NCBI GenBank assembly: GCA_028534125.1
Contig: CM052817.1
Location: 43,588,001 to 43,652,000 of the forward strand
Direction: 5' to 3'
DNA: 64,000 bases
Source: Lama glama
Lineage: Eukaryota
Made by a program: the position numbers and the translations under genes. Shown in pieces: positions 53,070 through 64,000 of the stretch. Numbering within the stretch: position 1 is the first letter of the stretch; every line of letters begins with the position of its first letter. A model generated the notes under the pieces. It was not told the DNA's origin. It was given only the letters and a program-made list of their open reading frames with translations, and searched no databases.

Positions 53070-56000
53070 ACTGTCTCATCAAAGTTTTATCAGTTTTTCT
53101 GGTCTTTCCAAAAACATCAAGTTTTGACACTGGTCATTCTCTTTATTTTATGTTTGCTTCTGTTTCATTAATACCTGTTCCTATATTCATTATTTTCTTC
53201 CTTCTTTCTTTAGGTTTCAATTATTATTCATTTTTACTGAAGTATATAGTTGGTTTACAATGTTGTGTTAATTTCAGTTATATATATGTGTGTATATGTA
53301 TATATGTGTGTGTGTGTATATATATATATATATGTGTATTCCTTTTCATATTCTTTCTTATAATAGGCTATTACAATGTATTGAATATATGTCCCTGCAT
53401 TTATTATTCTTTTCTCCAACTTCTTGAGATTTTTCACCCTTTCTTTTAAAATTTTTATTTATATATATTTTAAGTTTTTAAATTTCCCTTTATTCTATAC
53501 TTTCGTGTACTTTACAGTATTTTTTATCATTTTGTTCAAAATGTTTTCTAATTTCTCTATTGATTTCTTCTTTGATCTATTATTTAGAAAAATATTGACA
53601 TTTTCCAAAATACATGGAAATTTTCTAAGTAGTTTTTGTTAGTAATTTTTAGCTTTATTTCTCAGTGCTCAGAAATGTACTTTTTAATTTAAATTTTTTG
53701 GAAATTAAGACTTGCTTTATGCTTGGCTCATGTTCACTTCTGGCAAAAGTACAATGTGCACTTGAAAGAAATGTATATTTTGCAGTTGTTGTGTATACTG
53801 TTCTATACGCTGTGTATCAGTTAAGTAGGTTGATGAATTTGTTCAAATATTCTATATCCTCTAATTTTTTTCTGTCCACTTATCCATCAGTTATTAGGAA
53901 AGGTATGTTAAAATCTCCCATTGTCACTGTGGATTTGTCTGTGTCTCCTTGCCATTCTATCAATTTTTGTTTCATATATTTTGAAGCCATGTTATTAGGT
54001 ATATACACATTTAAAAGCAGTGCATATTCCTGGTGGACTGACCTGTTTATCATTATGAAATGATGCTCTAAGTAATTCTTCTTGTCTTAAGATATCATAG
54101 TTATACTAGTAATCTTTTATTTAGTGTTCACATGGTTTTCCATTTTCTAAACTTGTGCTGTCAATGTTTCTGAATCTTTATATTTAAGATATGTTTCTTG
54201 TAAGTGCCAAACAGTAGATTTGTTTGTTTATTTTCCTAGTCTGATAATCTTTATCTTTTAATGGGAGGTTTTAATATTTTATATTTAATGGAATTAAATA
54301 TATATTTATGTTTAAATCTTTCACCTTACTATTTGCTTTATATTTGCTCCTCTTTCTCTTTTTGCCTTATTTTGGATTTATCAAGAATTTTTTATTATTC
54401 TATTTCTCCCCTTAATTTGCTTGTTAGTTATGCATTCCGTAACTATGCTTTTTATTTGATACTCTAGAAATTATCATACATCCTTGACCTATTAAAATCT
54501 AATCTAAATTAGTATTTTTACTACATCCTAGGTCAGCAAGGACCTTCAAATATCTTTTCTCTATTTAATCCTCTCCCAAACTATGTACTATTTTGGTTGT
54601 GTATTTTAATTATATATACATATGCTTATGTTTAATTACTTTTTGAATAGTCAATAATCATTTAGATTAACTCACATATTTACCACTTTTTTTGTTCTTC
54701 ATTCCTTCCTACATCCCTGAGCTTCCTTCTTGTATAACTTTTCTACTGCCTAAAGAACATTCTTAAAGGATTTTGTTAAGTGTAGACTTGCTAACAATAC
54801 ATTTTCTGTTTGCTTGTCTGAAATGTCTTTTTTCACTTTAAGTTTGAAGGACATTTTTGTTAGGTATAGAATTTTATATTGGCAGTTGTCTTTCTTCACC
54901 ACTTTGAAAATATCTTTTCATTGTTTTCTGGCTTCCATTATGTTCATTGGAAAATCATCTTAGTATCTTGTCTTTCCTTTTAAGGTAATATATCTTTATT
55001 CTCTGGCTAATTTTATAATTTTCATGTTGTGTTGGTTCTCAGTATTTATACTAAGGTTTCTTTTTGTCCTTTATTCTGTGTAGGGTTCAAAGTGTTTGAT
55101 GTCTCTCAGTTACTCTTCAAATGCTGCTTCCCCGTTCCATCTCTCCTCTCCTTCTTGTATAATTGGGACACCAATTACACAAATGCTGTACCTTTCACCA
55201 GATTTCATTTGTCTCTTACATTGTTTACTGTATTTTCCTTTCTTCTTGATCTCTGTGCTTAAGAGTAAATATTTTCTTCTGCTCGTTTAGTTCACTATTT
55301 CACTCTACAACTATGTCAAATCTGTTAAAGTCATCAGTGAGTTCTTAATTTCAGTTGTTGTAGTTTGATAATTATATAACTTTATTTGGTTCTTTTTCTT
55401 AATTTCCAGTTATCTACTGTAATTCCCAAGTCTTATCTTTTAATTCCTTGAACGTATTAATCACAGTTGTTGTAAAGACTGTGATAATTCCATTATCTGA
55501 GACCCTAGTTGGTCTTTTTCCATTACCTTTTTTTTTTTTTTTTTCAGTTACATCTTGTCTTCTCATGTGCCTGGCTATTTCTGCTTGAGGAGAGAACAAT
55601 TTATATTTTTTTAAAAAAGTAGTGGAGATCATTGGAGGCTCTGGATGATGCTATCTTCCTCCAGAGAGGAATAATTTCACTTTCAGCAGGCAGCTAGTCT
55701 AAGGGCACCAATAATTCTAAAATCATCTTAATCCAACCAGGGATTGACCTGATTCACAGCTCAGCTCCAGTCTTTGTGGGACTAGTCTATTTCCTGCTTA
55801 TTCTTGCTTCTAGGATGCAATCAATCCTTCAGGTTCTCAACTGACACTCTAGGGTATTTGCCGGCCCTGCTCCCATGTAGGCCCTAGTCCCATTTTGATT
55901 CTCCATTGGCTTCATGATTGTATTAAAAGCGGTGCTAAGTTTCTTAGCCTCGCAACCACTGCTTTTGGGATATTTCCTCACCTGTATTTTGGTCCTATAA

Positions 56001-56132
56001 TTTCTTACTATCTCAATAGCTCTCCTAATGCCTTTAAGCAAAACGTTTTTCATATTTTGTATACATTTTCCAGTTATTTTGGGGGGAGAGTGGTTTAAAA
56101 TAATATAGCCCACCATTGCCAAAAGAAAACTC
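53070..56132 (-). mobile_element. Old, heavily decayed L1 (5' UTR, ORF1 and start of ORF2)
   Basis: T-rich antisense L1: 'tgtgcacttgaaagaaatgtatattttgcagttg', 'tgttaaaatctccca', 'tatattttgaagc', 'tttgaaggacattttt..taggtatagaatt'. Confidence 0.85.
53230..53400 (-). mobile_element. Young L1 3'-terminal fragment nested in the old L1, with an internal (TA)/(TG) microsatellite
   Basis: 'actgaagtata.agttggtttacaatgttgtgttaatttcag...ttttcatattcttt...ttgaatatatgtccctg'. TSD TTATTATTC (53221-53229, 53401-53409). Confidence 0.88.
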
Positions 56133-56689
56133 ACTCACCTAACAAGTTTTTAAAATTAAATCCCAAATAAATGTGTTTTTTCATAACCTACTTCAAATCA
56201 GCCCCAAACTACGCTCAGTTAAAAACAAGTGAAAAGGATAGTTTGAGTACTCCAGAGGTAATAAGCCAGATATCAATTTCCATGAGAGCAGAATCTTCTA
56301 AAAACAAAACAAAACAAAAAGAATCTCCCAGACACCATTCAATGTTTTATCTGTGGCTCTGACTTGTGACCTTTCTAAAAGCCATTTCCTCTCTCAAAAG
56401 GAAAAAGAAAGACCAAGTATCTTTTTTCCCCTTGCCAGTAGTTTATGTCATTACAAAATTAAAGATGACTTTAAAGGTCTTCTAGCTCAACACTCTCACT
56501 TTACAAACGAGGAAACTGAAGATCAGAGAGGTGAAATAATTTGCTCATGGTCATACAGGTTTCTAAAAGAGTTAGAAAACTAATCCTGTTCACACTGATG
56601 GCATCTTGCACTAGACATTTAAAATTTTTTTTAAAAAGCACAACTTCAGAAAAAGTTTACTAAAGAAATAAATAAAATGGAGCATAGCC

Positions 56690-57215
56690 AATCACAATGT
56701 CTGGACCTAATATGAATCCTTATGAACAAACCAAGGGCAATTAGAGACAGTTAGAAAATTGAGCATGGCTGACTATCTGAAGTTATTAAGGAACAATTAA
56801 TTATTTTATTAAGTGTGAAAACATTTTGCTTATAGTTTTTAAAGTATCACTATCATTCATACACATATTGAATATTTATTGATGGAAAGATATCATTGGA
56901 TTTACTTTAAAATAATACATGATAGGGGGGCGGTGCCAAGATGGAGGAGTAGAAGGACACATAGCTCACCCCCTCTCACAAATACACTGAAAATTACATC
57001 TACAGACCCACCAATTCACACAGAATACCTACTGAACTTTGGCAGGATATCTCTTACTTCAAAATAAAATAATACAAGATGGGAAGAAGCAAGTGACTGT
57101 GCAGATTAAATAAACTGGCCATGAATTGATAGGTGGTGATAATACATAGGAATTCATTACATTATTCTTTTGTATTTGTTTGGAATTTTCCATAATAAAC
57201 AGTAAAAATAAAAAA
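56690..57215 (+). mobile_element. Old L1 (L1ME/L1MC-type) 3' UTR, host of the 56924-57064 insertion
   Basis: 'ggatttactttaaaataatac' | 'ctggccatgaattgata...ttcattacattattc...aattttccataataaa'. Confidence 0.75.
56924..57064 (+). mobile_element. L1 5'-end-only insertion (141 bp) with 16-bp TSD
   Basis: Starts 'aggggggcggtgccaagatggaggagtagaaggac', the G-run plus YY1-type AAGATGG typical of L1 5' ends. Continues 'cacaaatacactgaaaattacatctaca...cagaatacctactgaac'. TSD TAAAATAATACATGAT (56908-56923) / TAAAATAATACAAGAT (57065-57080). Confidence 0.75.
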
Positions 57216-57496
57216 GGAAGTGAAAAGTTCATCTCAGTTTTTTTTTCTGATCAAAAAAATAAAAAAGTTGCCAGTTCAATGAATTAGAGAGGGCTAAAAG
57301 TCAAATCCAATTAAAACAATACAAGCTTAACAAATATTTCTACCTAAGAAATCTCAGCCAATGGCACAAATGCTTTAAGTAATAATTTCTGTAAGCTGTA
57401 AGCTAAATAAGAGGCAACACAATACATTATTCAGTATAATTCAATCTCCTTTTTTATATTTTATCACAAAAATACTAATAATACTGTTCCTAGAAT

Positions 57497-57730
57497 TTTT
57501 TTTAAATTTCAACCTTATTGAGGTATAATAGACAAATAAAATGTAAGGTATCTGAAGTGTACATCGTGGTGATTTGATGTACGTTTATGCTGTGAAAGGA
57601 TCCCTCTCATCTAGTTAATTAACACATCTGTAACCTCACATATTTATCCTTTTTTTTTTTTGGTGAGAACATTTTACTACTACTACTACTCTTGCAGTAA
57701 ATTCCCATTTGACAATACAGTGTTATCATA
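57497..57730 (-). mobile_element. L1MA9-like 3' end
   Basis: 'ttattgaggtataat...aagtgtaca...ctagttaattaacacatc...acctcacata...tggtgagaaca...acaatacagtgttat'. Confidence 0.85.
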
Positions 57731-58609
57731 ATCTTTTTTTAAATCTAAAATAAATTATTTTACTTATGCTAATACAGAATTCATTGCTTAGCACATTATT
57801 AATATTCTATAACTCAGACTCTTCCCTACTAACAAAGCATCACCACTGTGGAATGCTGGCTATATTGGGGGTATTTCAAAATCCAAGTAAGGCTTATTAG
57901 AGAGAAAAGAATAAATTGGTGGAACTAGGAGCTGGAAGATAAAAAGGAGCACCAAAGATAGAAACCAATTAATGCCGTTCCAGGTCTCCTGCAAACTGCT
58001 TTTTTATACCTAAATATATGCAAAAAGTCTAAGCTTGAGGGTGGGGGCAGAGCTCAAACATAAAGTAGGAGAACATTTTCAAAAAATGATTTTATCATAC
58101 ATCCCATCAAATATTCTCTGCTCAGTCAGTAGTCTGCTAAGTGTTCATTTTCGGTTATACCCTGCGTTTTTTTTCTTTATTCCCCTGCCTCCTTGCTGTC
58201 ATACCCCCAAACCCTGCTCTTCAGCCCATGGGCTCAATACCTGCCTGCCTACCTGCCTGTCTGAGGCTGGCACTGTACTAGCCCCTCTTCAGTGACTGAC
58301 TGCCTGCAGGGTGTTATTTTGGCAGTCAGGGAGGGGGGATGACTCACCTCCAAAGAACACTGCAGGACTTTCCCAAAATAGGCAAGGCTGTGAGCCCCAA
58401 GTTGGAGCTCTCAGTGAGCTAGATCATTCTAATTTAAATACACAGATGTACAAACTCTCACATGCATGTGCAAGCACACACACACAGTAGTTTTTAAATC
58501 CCAGGGACCAGAAACTAGAGAGCTCCTCAGTATTCTGTGTCTATTTATTTAAGATTAAGGGAGATCAAACTTGTATTTTTCTGTATTAACTACAGTTGAA
58601 TGGCAATTT

Positions 58610-58850
58610 AAATAATATCAGCTGACATTTATCAAATGCGTATTCTGATATAAGGTAGGCATGGTGCTAAGTCCGTGATCCCACAGTATTTCATGCATAG
58701 TTATTTTCTCATGCACATATTTCTCTCATTTAATTCTCATTACAACCCTAGGAGATGGATACAAAAAATATCCCCTCATTTTACAGCAAGAGAAACTGAG
58801 GCTCAGAGAAATTAAGTCACTTGGCCAGGACACACAGTGGTAAGTGATGA
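58610..58850 (-). mobile_element. MIR SINE
   Basis: 'ctcatttaattctca..acaaccct...cattttacagcaagagaaactgaggctcagagaaattaagtcacttggccagg'. Confidence 0.9.
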
Positions 58851-59469
58851 AGAATTATTATATAATAATTGTGATCTTCTTATCAAGGCTGAAAAACCAA
58901 TCTGATTATGAGAACAGGCAGCAAGAGCAAGAGTTAAAAGAAACTGCGTACCTCTGTAGCAAGCATATTCCTCTGCACACATCCTGGATGAATGTCTGGG
59001 CGTATCTGTAATACTGCTGATCCCTGGGTTATCTTCCCCACCTCTTGACCACATCCTTACCAGATATTGGCATGCGGCCCTCCACAAACAAAACAAGTCA
59101 GTTCTTGTCCCCGGAGCTAAAATGCTCTCTATGGCCATCCTTATTTTTCTCAGCTAAGCTCCACATTTGTATAAAATAAAAATATAGACCAGGGTGGTGT
59201 TTATTAGATGCAATGAACACTATCGCTACTCAAAATGACAACTACTGAGGGCTAAGTGACAGGCAGACTGGCACTAATGCACCTGGAAATGAGACTCTCC
59301 ACAGGCCCAGAACTGGAGGCAGAACTGCCCCTCAGCCTAAGACCACTTGCAGCAGGAAGACAAGTACCTGGTAGAGGAGTCCAGGGTTGGAAGCTCCCGC
59401 CTTAGATTAAACCAGTGCACACGACCCCTGATAACACCCGGAACCTACTCACTAATTACTACTACAAAA

Positions 59470-59675
59470 ATACCATTTATCCAGCCTCAGCTATCAACAT
59501 CACACTAAGCATTCTATATAATTATCTATATTGTATTATGTTATCATCATATTTCCAGATAAGACTCTGGAAGCAAAGGGAGCTTTAACAAGATGCCCAA
59601 CATGACATGGAGACAGGATTAGTAACCAGTTCAACCTAACTTCAAAGCACATGCTATTAACCACTACTCACACTG
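59470..59675 (-). mobile_element. MIR SINE (degenerate)
   Basis: 'taccatttat...atttccagataaga...tgcccaacatgaca...cttcaaagcacatgctattaaccacta'. Confidence 0.6.
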
Positions 59676-60498
59676 CCACTCATGCCCCCAAATCCAGATC
59701 TGAAGTTCACTTCTCCTTCAGAGAGTGAGTATAGACACCTGCCAATGCCAAAATGACACACACCAGACGTGGGGCACTTTCCCATGGGGCTCAATCCAGT
59801 TTCCCCAGACAGTGCTCCAAGTTTCCCTTGTCAGTCATCTATCTCCATTTCCAAGAGAGGATGCGGTTATGAAAATCACATTCTCTCTTCCATTCTTTAT
59901 GCTTGAGAGGAGAAAAATATATATACATCTATTTAAATTTATATGCATGCAGATACACATATATAATTAATGAAGTTATTTTACTTAGCATTGAATAAGT
60001 AAAAATTACTGATTCAAATTCCTTGGAACCAACAGGATCTACAAAGGACCTTTGGACATTTTACTGTAATCACATAAAAGGGTGGCACTATACTCTGACA
60101 TAGGCGTCACGTATTTTATCTGAGAAAAAAAAAACTGAACCAATGAGTATAAAAGTCACTTAAGTATATACAGTCTAGCCCTGTCTAGGTTCAGAAAAAC
60201 CATTGCCAGGTAGGTGACATGAGAGGCTTCTAAGGGCAGGATTCTGAGACCTGACATTAAGTCTAGTGCCTCTGAAGAAGTTTTTCTTGCTGGGAAAGGA
60301 GTTTTTCTCTCAGATGGTTCAATGCCAGTGAACACTCCAGTTGCCCACTCCTGTGAAGGCCTTCAACTGGACTGTTAATTTCTCATGGGGTCCCATTGTC
60401 CCCCAGTCCCCCCAGTACCTAGCACAGCGCTGGGACACAATAAGTTTGCAAAAAAAATTTTTTTTTGAAAAAAGAATTAAATAAATGGGATACAAAGC

Positions 60499-60857
60499 AG
60501 TTATAGACTGAATGTGTCCCCCTAAAATTCATATGTTGCAACTTAATCTCCAATGTGATGGCATTTGGAAATGGAGTCTTTTGGGGAGGTGATTAGGTCA
60601 TGAAGACAGAGCCCTCAAAAATAGAATTAGTGCCCTTATGAAAGAAGTCCAAGAGACAGCCCTGTTCTCTTCCACCATGTGAGGACATAGCAAGATGTTG
60701 GTCTCTGCACTAGGAAGCAAGTCTCACCAGACACTGAATCTGTTGGCTCCTTGATCTTGGACTTCCAGCTTCTAGAACTGTGAGAAATAAGTTCCTGTTG
60801 TTTGTGAAGTCACCCAGTCTAAGGTATTCTGTAAGAGTGGCCCATATGACTAAGACA
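60499..60857 (+). mobile_element. MaLR solo LTR, MLT1A0-like
   Basis: 'gactgaatgtgtccccctaaaattcatatgttg...ccaccatgtgaggaca...ctcaccagacactgaatctg...gactaagaca'. Near-TSD AAAGC/GAAGC. Confidence 0.92.
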
Positions 60858-61226
60858 GAAGCCCACACATGGAAGAGCTATTTAATGACAACAACCCCCT
60901 TGCCCTTCCCTTTCAATCTAACAGCTCCAGGGACCTTCACCATGGCACACAGAGATGGGCAGGGCATCAGTGTGGTGCATCAAGTCTTCTGTCCCCATAA
61001 ACTACTACTCCAGCTTAAATGTTTACTCACCAGTCATTAGCTGCATGGCCTTCAACAGGTCATATGTCTTTGAGCCTCTTCTTCATCCAAGAACTGATGA
61101 GATTAGACTGGCTATTGTCCAAAGTAGCTTCCCACTCTAAATGCTAGAAACCTATTTCCCATAAGATCAGTCTCAACTCAACACCTCCCTCCTTGGGTTC
61201 CTCCAATTCTTAGTTAAAAGAACATA

Positions 61227-61879
61227 CAGTTGTTAATCCTCATTACTCACCCATTCCATATTTGCAAATTCACTTACTGGTTAAAATTTATTTGTAACCC
61301 CCAAATCCATACTTACTGTGCTTTCATGGTCATTCAAGGACCTGAATAGAGCAATGAAAAATCTGAGTCACCTGACACACATTCCCAGCTGAGGTCAAAT
61401 AAGGTGACCCTCTGACTTCTTGTTTCAGCTCCTAGACTATAAACAAGTATCTCTTTTGCAGTGTATTTAGTGCTACATTTTTCATATTTTTGCACTTTTC
61501 GTTGGTGATTTTACTGTTTAAAATGGCTGCCAAGTGTAGCGCTGATGTACTATCTGGTGTTCCTACAATCAAGAATGTTGTGATGGTTCTTATAGAGAAA
61601 ATACATGTGTTAGATAAGCTTTGTTAAGGCATGAGTTATACTGCTGTTGGTCATGAGTTCAACATTAATTAATCAATATTATATATTAAATAAGGTGTCT
61701 TTAAACAGAACACACATAAAACAAGTTTAATATTGATCGGTTGATGAAAATGTTGTGATCAGAGGCTCAGAGAAGCCCTATTCTGTTTTTCTCCTAGAAG
61801 CAATGGTTCAGTATTTGCTAATTCAGTGTTCATGGCAACTTTATAGAATATAACTATTGAAAATAATGAGAATTAACTG
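61227..61879 (-). mobile_element. MER82 (TcMar-Tigger), full length, opposite orientation to the 2481-3122 copy
   Basis: TA|CAGTTG...AATAATGAGAATTAACTG|TA. The internal sequence is a reverse-complement homologue of 2481-3122. Confidence 0.9.
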
Positions 61880-62779
61880 TATACCTTCAGTCTAGACTTC
61901 CATATACAGTTGTGTAGAAATATAAATAGCATCCCCTAGGGTTACTCAGGACACAACCTGCACATGGAGCAGAACCACACCTGAGATATGATGTAGTTAG
62001 GATGAACACTGCCAGGAAAAAAACCAAAATGGAAACTCTTACCCTTAACATACCCCAAATAAAAAACCCTTCTAGAATTAGTCCGTGCTCATGATGAAAT
62101 TCTTGCACATGACCTGTGCTTCTGATATGGGTATACCCATCTGGGTACCTGAGTGTCTCCTGCAATGCCTTTCCTCCATCCTTCTTATGTTTATATAGGT
62201 ATTCTGAATTTTGCAAGAAACAGCCCAAGTGTTTCTAAGCTTCTTCCTCAGATCAGTTTGTAACTGTCATTAATAATTGCAGATAGTGCCCCCATGAGAA
62301 AGTTCTCCACAAACCCACTGCAGAAACATGGGGCAGTCACAGTAAATAATTTATGAACGCACCTGAAGCTCCTACTAAGAAGATATACTGGGAGCGTTTT
62401 TGGAAGGAGAGGGGACACAAGAGCAGGAAAAAGGGAAAATAAAAAGAGAAAAATCAGGAAGAATGAGAAGGAAAGAGACAGAATGAAATGGAAAGATTGA
62501 AATAGCAAGAGTTTTCGAAACAATTGCCGTGTGAGAAAGGCATCGGCAACGTGAATCAAAATCTGCTTCTCTTTGCAAGTGTGGGGAGGAACTTTTGACT
62601 TTGTTTTTCTTTTATAATATGGTTTGTTATGGGATGTCTCAAATATATAGTCAGCCCAATCATACAACTCAGTCCAATTATACCACTCACGATATAATGA
62701 TTTCATGCAACTAAACCCTACCAGCATGCAACTGTCCTTTGCAGCTGTCAAAATTAGGATTTTTAAAAAAAGATCATTC

Positions 62780-63010
62780 TTCTGAGACTTAACTCAGACA
62801 TGAGGGCTGAAATCCCATCCATATCACTTAGCTAAATGGCTATCAGTAAGTGGTTTTACTTTTAAACTCCAGATTCCTCGTTTGTAATGAGGGGGTAGTA
62901 ACAGCATCTACCACATGAGGCTGTTCTGAAACTTAAATGAAATAATGCATATAAAAGCACCTATTACCATACCTAGAATGTGAAAAATGTCATTTATTAT
63001 CATGATGCTA
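62780..63010 (+). mobile_element. MIR SINE
   Basis: 'ttcctcgtttgtaatgagggggtagtaacagcatctacc.catgaggctgttctgaaacttaaatgaaataatgcatataaaagcac'. Confidence 0.85.
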
Positions 63011-63774
63011 TAATTGATAACTCACATACAGATCTAGGTCACATGGGGGCTTCAAATCAGTAGGTAAAACCACAGCATTGAAAACATCTCCCAGAAACAC
63101 CTTGGGAGTTATCTATCATGAAAGAAGTGATTCTGGCAGGAAAAAAAGAGAGAACAGCAATTTTCTTTTGAGAGTCTCAGGCTTTCCACTTTTCTTCTCT
63201 CATGGCTAAGTAATGGATCAATGACTTCCTAGAGACCAAAACTAATCCTACAAGTAAGAATGATCTGATTACAGGCAGCACTCTTGGAAGCCACAGTGCT
63301 ATCCCACTGAGGTGAAGAGGAAGGACAAGTGACAGGAAAATAAACTTCAGAAAATGGGTAGCAGATGAAGGAAAAAACTTCTAGGGCCAGAGTCTCCCTC
63401 ATGAGCAGCTAAGGGAGGAGAAATAAAAAATTCTGGAGCCCAGAGAAAAGGCTGCTACTTGTAATGCATCCAACATCTCTCTGGAGCTCAGAATACATAT
63501 CAGGACCCCTGCCTACCAAAATGGTAAAAACATCCTTGTTGGTGATGCTCTGTCAGAACCTGTCCAAGACCTTCGCTGCATGAACACCTATTATGGAATC
63601 TTGACTTTGAAATAATTCCTCTGAGGTAAGGAATCATAAAATACATCATTAAAAAAGAAAAAAAAATACCAGCATCAGCATATCAGAGAATTTCATGCCC
63701 TCCAGAGGCACAGTTCAGGAATCTTCCAGGTCAAGTACTAAAATGCATATGGAAGATGAACAAGGTGGAAGGAA

Positions 63775-63789
63775 GGGAGGGAGGGAGGG
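63775..63789 (+). repeat. (GGGA)n tract matching the canonical G-quadruplex pattern
   Basis: GGGAGGGAGGGAGGG read directly. Confidence 0.7.
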
Positions 63790-64000
63790 TAGGAGGAACG
63801 GAGACAGGAAGAAAGGAAACAGGTCAACATAGGGCTAAAGGTCTAAAGATACATTGTATTTCTGCTGTCAAGTCACTTAATTTTGTTTTTTCTCCTTTTA
63901 GAACATAATAGAATCGTGGACCTTAAAAGGATGTTTTGGGTCATCTAATCCAACCTTCTAACATGACTGTGAATCCTCAAAATACGTAGTTTTAAGAAGG

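Noticed and set aside
53150..56134. Multiple hydrophobic ORFs
   Set aside because: They are antisense or decayed L1 sequence. No intact ORF1 or ORF2 remains.
62524..62549. TTGCCG...CGGCAA hairpin
   Set aside because: The stem is only about 6-8 bp, far too short for a pre-miRNA or structured RNA call.
62248..62751. 167-aa minus-strand ORF
   Set aside because: Non-ATG start, and the Phe/Leu/Ser-rich stretch comes from a pyrimidine tract. No recognisable family.
1..64000. CRISPR arrays, rRNA, tRNA, snRNA, processed pseudogenes, CpG island, intact retroviral genes
   Set aside because: I found no regularly spaced direct repeats, cloverleaf or recognisable RNA gene, mRNA-like retrocopy or CpG-island-scale region. 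All LTRs appear to be solo.

Overview
Mammalian (eutherian) non-coding DNA, about 40% GC, with no recognisable protein-coding gene, RNA gene, CRISPR array or prokaryotic-type system. Much of the window is ancient interspersed repeat: MIR, L2, L3/CR1, old L1/HAL1, MaLR/ERVL solo LTRs, and MER5/MER20/MER82/MER102 DNA transposons. It also holds a few younger cetartiodactyl-type L1 fragments and one MER41-like ERV1 solo LTR. I see no Alu, B1/B2, BovB/Bov-tA, PRE-1, CHR or Can-SINE copies, so a camelid is my best inference. Repeat orientation bias, an excess of A-runs on +, and several small exon-like segments with minus-strand splice signals (34.8-43.8 kb) suggest an intron or 5' region of a large minus-strand gene that I cannot name. 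The most unusual item is a 141-bp insertion containing only the 5' end of an L1, flanked by a 16-bp target-site duplication (56924-57064). Family names are recognised from memory of consensus sequences, not from a database search. Boundaries of old repeats are approximate. None of the ORFs in the supplied track looks like a real protein.
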